Positions 61,508 to 64,000 of a DNA stretch of 64,000 bases are shown here, one piece after another. The stretch comes from Eledone cirrhosa. Taxonomy: Eukaryota. A program made the translations under genes and the position numbers. Every line of letters starts with the position of its first letter. The first letter of the stretch is position 1. The notes under the pieces are model-generated. The model was not told the DNA's origin. It made no database searches and worked only from the letters and a program-made list of their open reading frames with translations. Location of the stretch: the NCBI GenBank assembly GCA_964016885.1, contig OZ024741.1:369334001-369398000 (forward strand), in the 5' to 3' direction.

Positions 61508-64000
61508 TTTCGTTTCTGAATTTGTTTAGCAAGATTCTTTATCTGAAATCGTGTGTTGAAACCGATATTGTTATACTTTGGGAGGGTCATGTTGCCAATA
61601 AGAAACACACGCACCAGTTGCTTTCACTTCAATTTAATTTATTAAATATTTATAAATTTACAAATTTATAAATTTCTGGTTGGTTGGTTGGTTCCACAAC
61701 CAGATAGTTGTTTATATATATATAGTCATAGTTCTTTCGTCACACACTCTGTGACCTCTTCAGTGACTGGGGATTTCTTTCTTCGTTTCTGTGCCTTTCC
61801 TTTCTTCTATCCTACGCCATTTTGTTTGTGTGTGGGTTGCGTGCTCAGTTTGCGCATGCGCCACATCCGGGTGTCTGTGTGTGTTTGTGTTCATTTTTCT
61901 ATTTTTCTATTTATATTTTTCTATTTGTTTGTTTATTTATTTATTTATTGTTGGTTGGTTGTTTGTTCTATGTGTGTGTGTGTTTTCATTTTGTCTTGTG
62001 TGTGTTTTCATTTTGTGTGTGTTTTCAATTGTAAGTTGTTTGTTCTATGTGTGTGTGTGTTTTCATTTTGTCCCTAATTGTAAGTTGTGATGTTGCTGTT
62101 CCACTCATATTTTCTATTTAATTTTGGTTTTAATTCTTTTATGCTTACTGCCTCTGTAATTTGCCTAAACATTGCGTCTTTCTTGTGTGTGGATTCTATT
62201 TTTATTTCTATGCTCTCTAATTTACCCCTGTGTTCTATCTTAGCATGTTGGTAGAGCACAGATGATTCTTTACTATCTTGGAGGTCTCGCCAGTGTTCAT
62301 TTATTCGTTCCCCTATACTACGGGCTGTCTCACCTATGTACACTACATTTTTGTTTCTACATTGTTCTTCAGTACATCTTATGCTATATACTACATTTCT
62401 AGTTTTACAGTTAATATGGGGGCTTATTTTACAGGTTATACATTTCTTATCTATACATGAGGGTCTTTGGAACGGGTATGTCTTGCTAATAAGTGTTTTT
62501 ACGGAGGTACCAGGTCTTTCTACTATCTTAATATTGAGATTATGTTTCTTTAGGGCCCTTCTAAATTTGTAGGCTAGTTCGCCTCTAGGGGTTGTATTGA
62601 TGAACATTACACTCTGGTATTTATTGCTATCATACCATGAGTTTATTCTATTGGCCTTGTTCTTAGTTCTTTCTATTCTATTCCAAAATTTGCTCCTATA
62701 CAAGGGGCAGGTCCCATTTATGTCATTATTTACCATTTTTTCCCATTTGGTTCTGGCTCCTTTATACACTCTGATTCTATCTCTCTGATTGTAGCCAGAG
62801 AACTGCATACGGTGGATGAAGTGTTGTATGTGTCTCTCTAGTTCTTCGGGGTTGCACATGCGGGACACATTTCTCATCACCCGTACCAAATCCGCAATCA
62901 GTATGTTGATTTTGGTATGGTCCGAAATGGCCGAGTTTCGGTGGATCAGATGTTTGGAAGTCATGGGTTTGGCATAATGGGAATGGAGGATTTGTATTTG
63001 GTTGTTAATAGTATCTAACCAGAGCTCTGTGTCTAGTACAGGTAATCGATGGTTGGGGTGTCTACTTGGGTAGTCTATAGTAACTCTAATGCTCTGGTGG
63101 ATGGAGTTTGCTATTTGCTGGATGCTTTCCATTGTGTTTTTCTCTAGTTCCTGACTGTTCTTTAGTGGGGGTGTCTTAACTACGATGTTTATATCATCTA
63201 CGTAGCGGGAGTACATTATCAGGGTTAAGCTGTCTTCTAATTGTTCATTAAGTTTTTGTTTAAGTCTACTGTCCCACCATACCATGAATAAGTTAGCTAT
63301 GTCGCCTGCAATGCTAACACCAATGGCTGCTCCTTCCTCTTGGGCATATGTTTTACCATTAAATTTGAACATATGTTCCTTAAGGGTTAGTTTTATGCTG
63401 GCCCCTACCGCATGTGCAATCATTTTCTTCAGTTCATCGTGGTTTTCGGGTGTCCGTATGGCTCTGGTCCACCCGTTCCATCTATCTGTGTGGGTTTTCT
63501 TGGCCATTGAGGTAATGGTAGGTGGTCTGCCTCTTGCTGGTCTTGTAGGGCACAGGTTGCTAAGGTCATAAGTGTCTAGGTAACTATTACTATGGGTAAG
63601 CTTAAGTAGCAGTCCCAGCTCACTGGTATCAATCCCACGGAACTCAACCTTGCTCTCGCTGATCATTTCGACGCATTTCTCCACAGCAAAATCCACGTCA
63701 ATAGATGGATACAGGGACACAACATCCATACTGCCTATTATGCAGTTTGTTAGGTCCCCAGATCGGTTACCCGCGCCGATTCTGCTGAGGAGGTCCTCCG
63801 TGCTGTCACACACATCTGGGGACATCTCAATGATGGGGCGTATGATCAGGGAGAGGAAGTAGGACAGTCTGTAGTTACTAGCAATGTTAGCCCCACAGAC
63901 TGGCCGTGTTGGTGGTCCCGCGACAGGGTCCCAGCCCGTTTTATGGTCTTTACGAAGCCCATACAACGCCGGCACGTCATTGTTCCAGGCCTACAAATTT
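61508..64000 (-). mobile_element. PLE (Cys-linker type, Neptune/Naiad-like) with 3' HHR at 61724-61768(-)
   Basis: ORF 62074-63975; HHR agtca-CTGAAGA-ggtcacagagtgtgtgac-GAAA-gaac-TA-tgact. Confidence 0.93.
62074..63975 (-). CDS. PLE RT plus GIY-YIG endonuclease (N-terminally incomplete)
   Basis: YGLRKDHK..PTRPVCGA, SMDVVSLYPSI, GAAIG, YSRYVDD, LPVLD, CxxxxCxxC linker, VVYSIRC..YIGETARSIGERINEH. Confidence 0.95.
   Translation of the reverse strand: MPALYGLRKDHKTGWDPVAGPPTRPVCGANIASNYRLSYFLSLIIRPIIEMSPDVCDSTEDLLSRIGAGNRSGDLTNCIIGSMDVVSLYPSIDVDFAVEKCVEMISESKVEFRGIDTSELGLLLKLTHSNSYLDTYDLSNLCPTRPARGRPPTITSMAKKTHTDRWNGWTRAIRTPENHDELKKMIAHAVGASIKLTLKEHMFKFNGKTYAQEEGAAIGVSIAGDIANLFMVWWDSRLKQKLNEQLEDSLTLIMYSRYVDDINIVVKTPPLKNSQELEKNTMESIQQIANSIHQSIRVTIDYPSRHPNHRLPVLDTELWLDTINNQIQILHSHYAKPMTSKHLIHRNSAISDHTKINILIADLVRVMRNVSRMCNPEELERHIQHFIHRMQFSGYNQRDRIRVYKGARTKWEKMVNNDINGTCPLYRSKFWNRIERTKNKANRINSWYDSNKYQSVMFINTTPRGELAYKFRRALKKHNLNIKIVERPGTSVKTLISKTYPFQRPSCIDKKCITCKISPHINCKTRNVVYSIRCTEEQCRNKNVVYIGETARSIGERINEHWRDLQDSKESSVLYQHAKIEHRGKLESIEIKIESTHKKDAMFRQITEAVSIKELKPKLNRKYEWNSNITTYN

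Overview
AT-rich, repeat-saturated animal DNA. The (TA)n-type arrays, tRNA-SINEs with CORE/Nin-like cores and RTE/CR1/Penelope content suggest a cephalopod such as Octopus (inference only). The only host gene I can support is the 3' end of a Rab35-like small GTPase on the + strand: a 125-bp internal exon (2272-2396) and the terminal coding exon (24537-24656, ending KKKCC*), separated by a 22.1-kb intron made almost entirely of mobile DNA. The rest is transposon-derived: RTE LINEs (one near-intact APE-RT ORF with an embedded PHD finger, one with a twin-priming-like 5' inversion), CR1-, Tx1- and R4-like fragments, a decayed piggyBac, SINEs and many Penelope-like elements (PLEs, RT plus GIY-YIG). 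The signal the ORF track misses is a population of minimal type I hammerhead ribozymes (HHRs; over 20 motifs from about 11 sequence families, including U3-A8 and U4C core variants). Most sit in head-to-head fold-back insertions flanked by TA microsatellites, including a 6.8-kb near-perfect PLE palindrome and a non-coding ~420-bp retrozyme-like tandem array with one HHR per unit. The opening 64/65-bp minisatellite derives from RTE coding sequence. All alignments and folds were done by eye, so coordinates are approximate at element edges.
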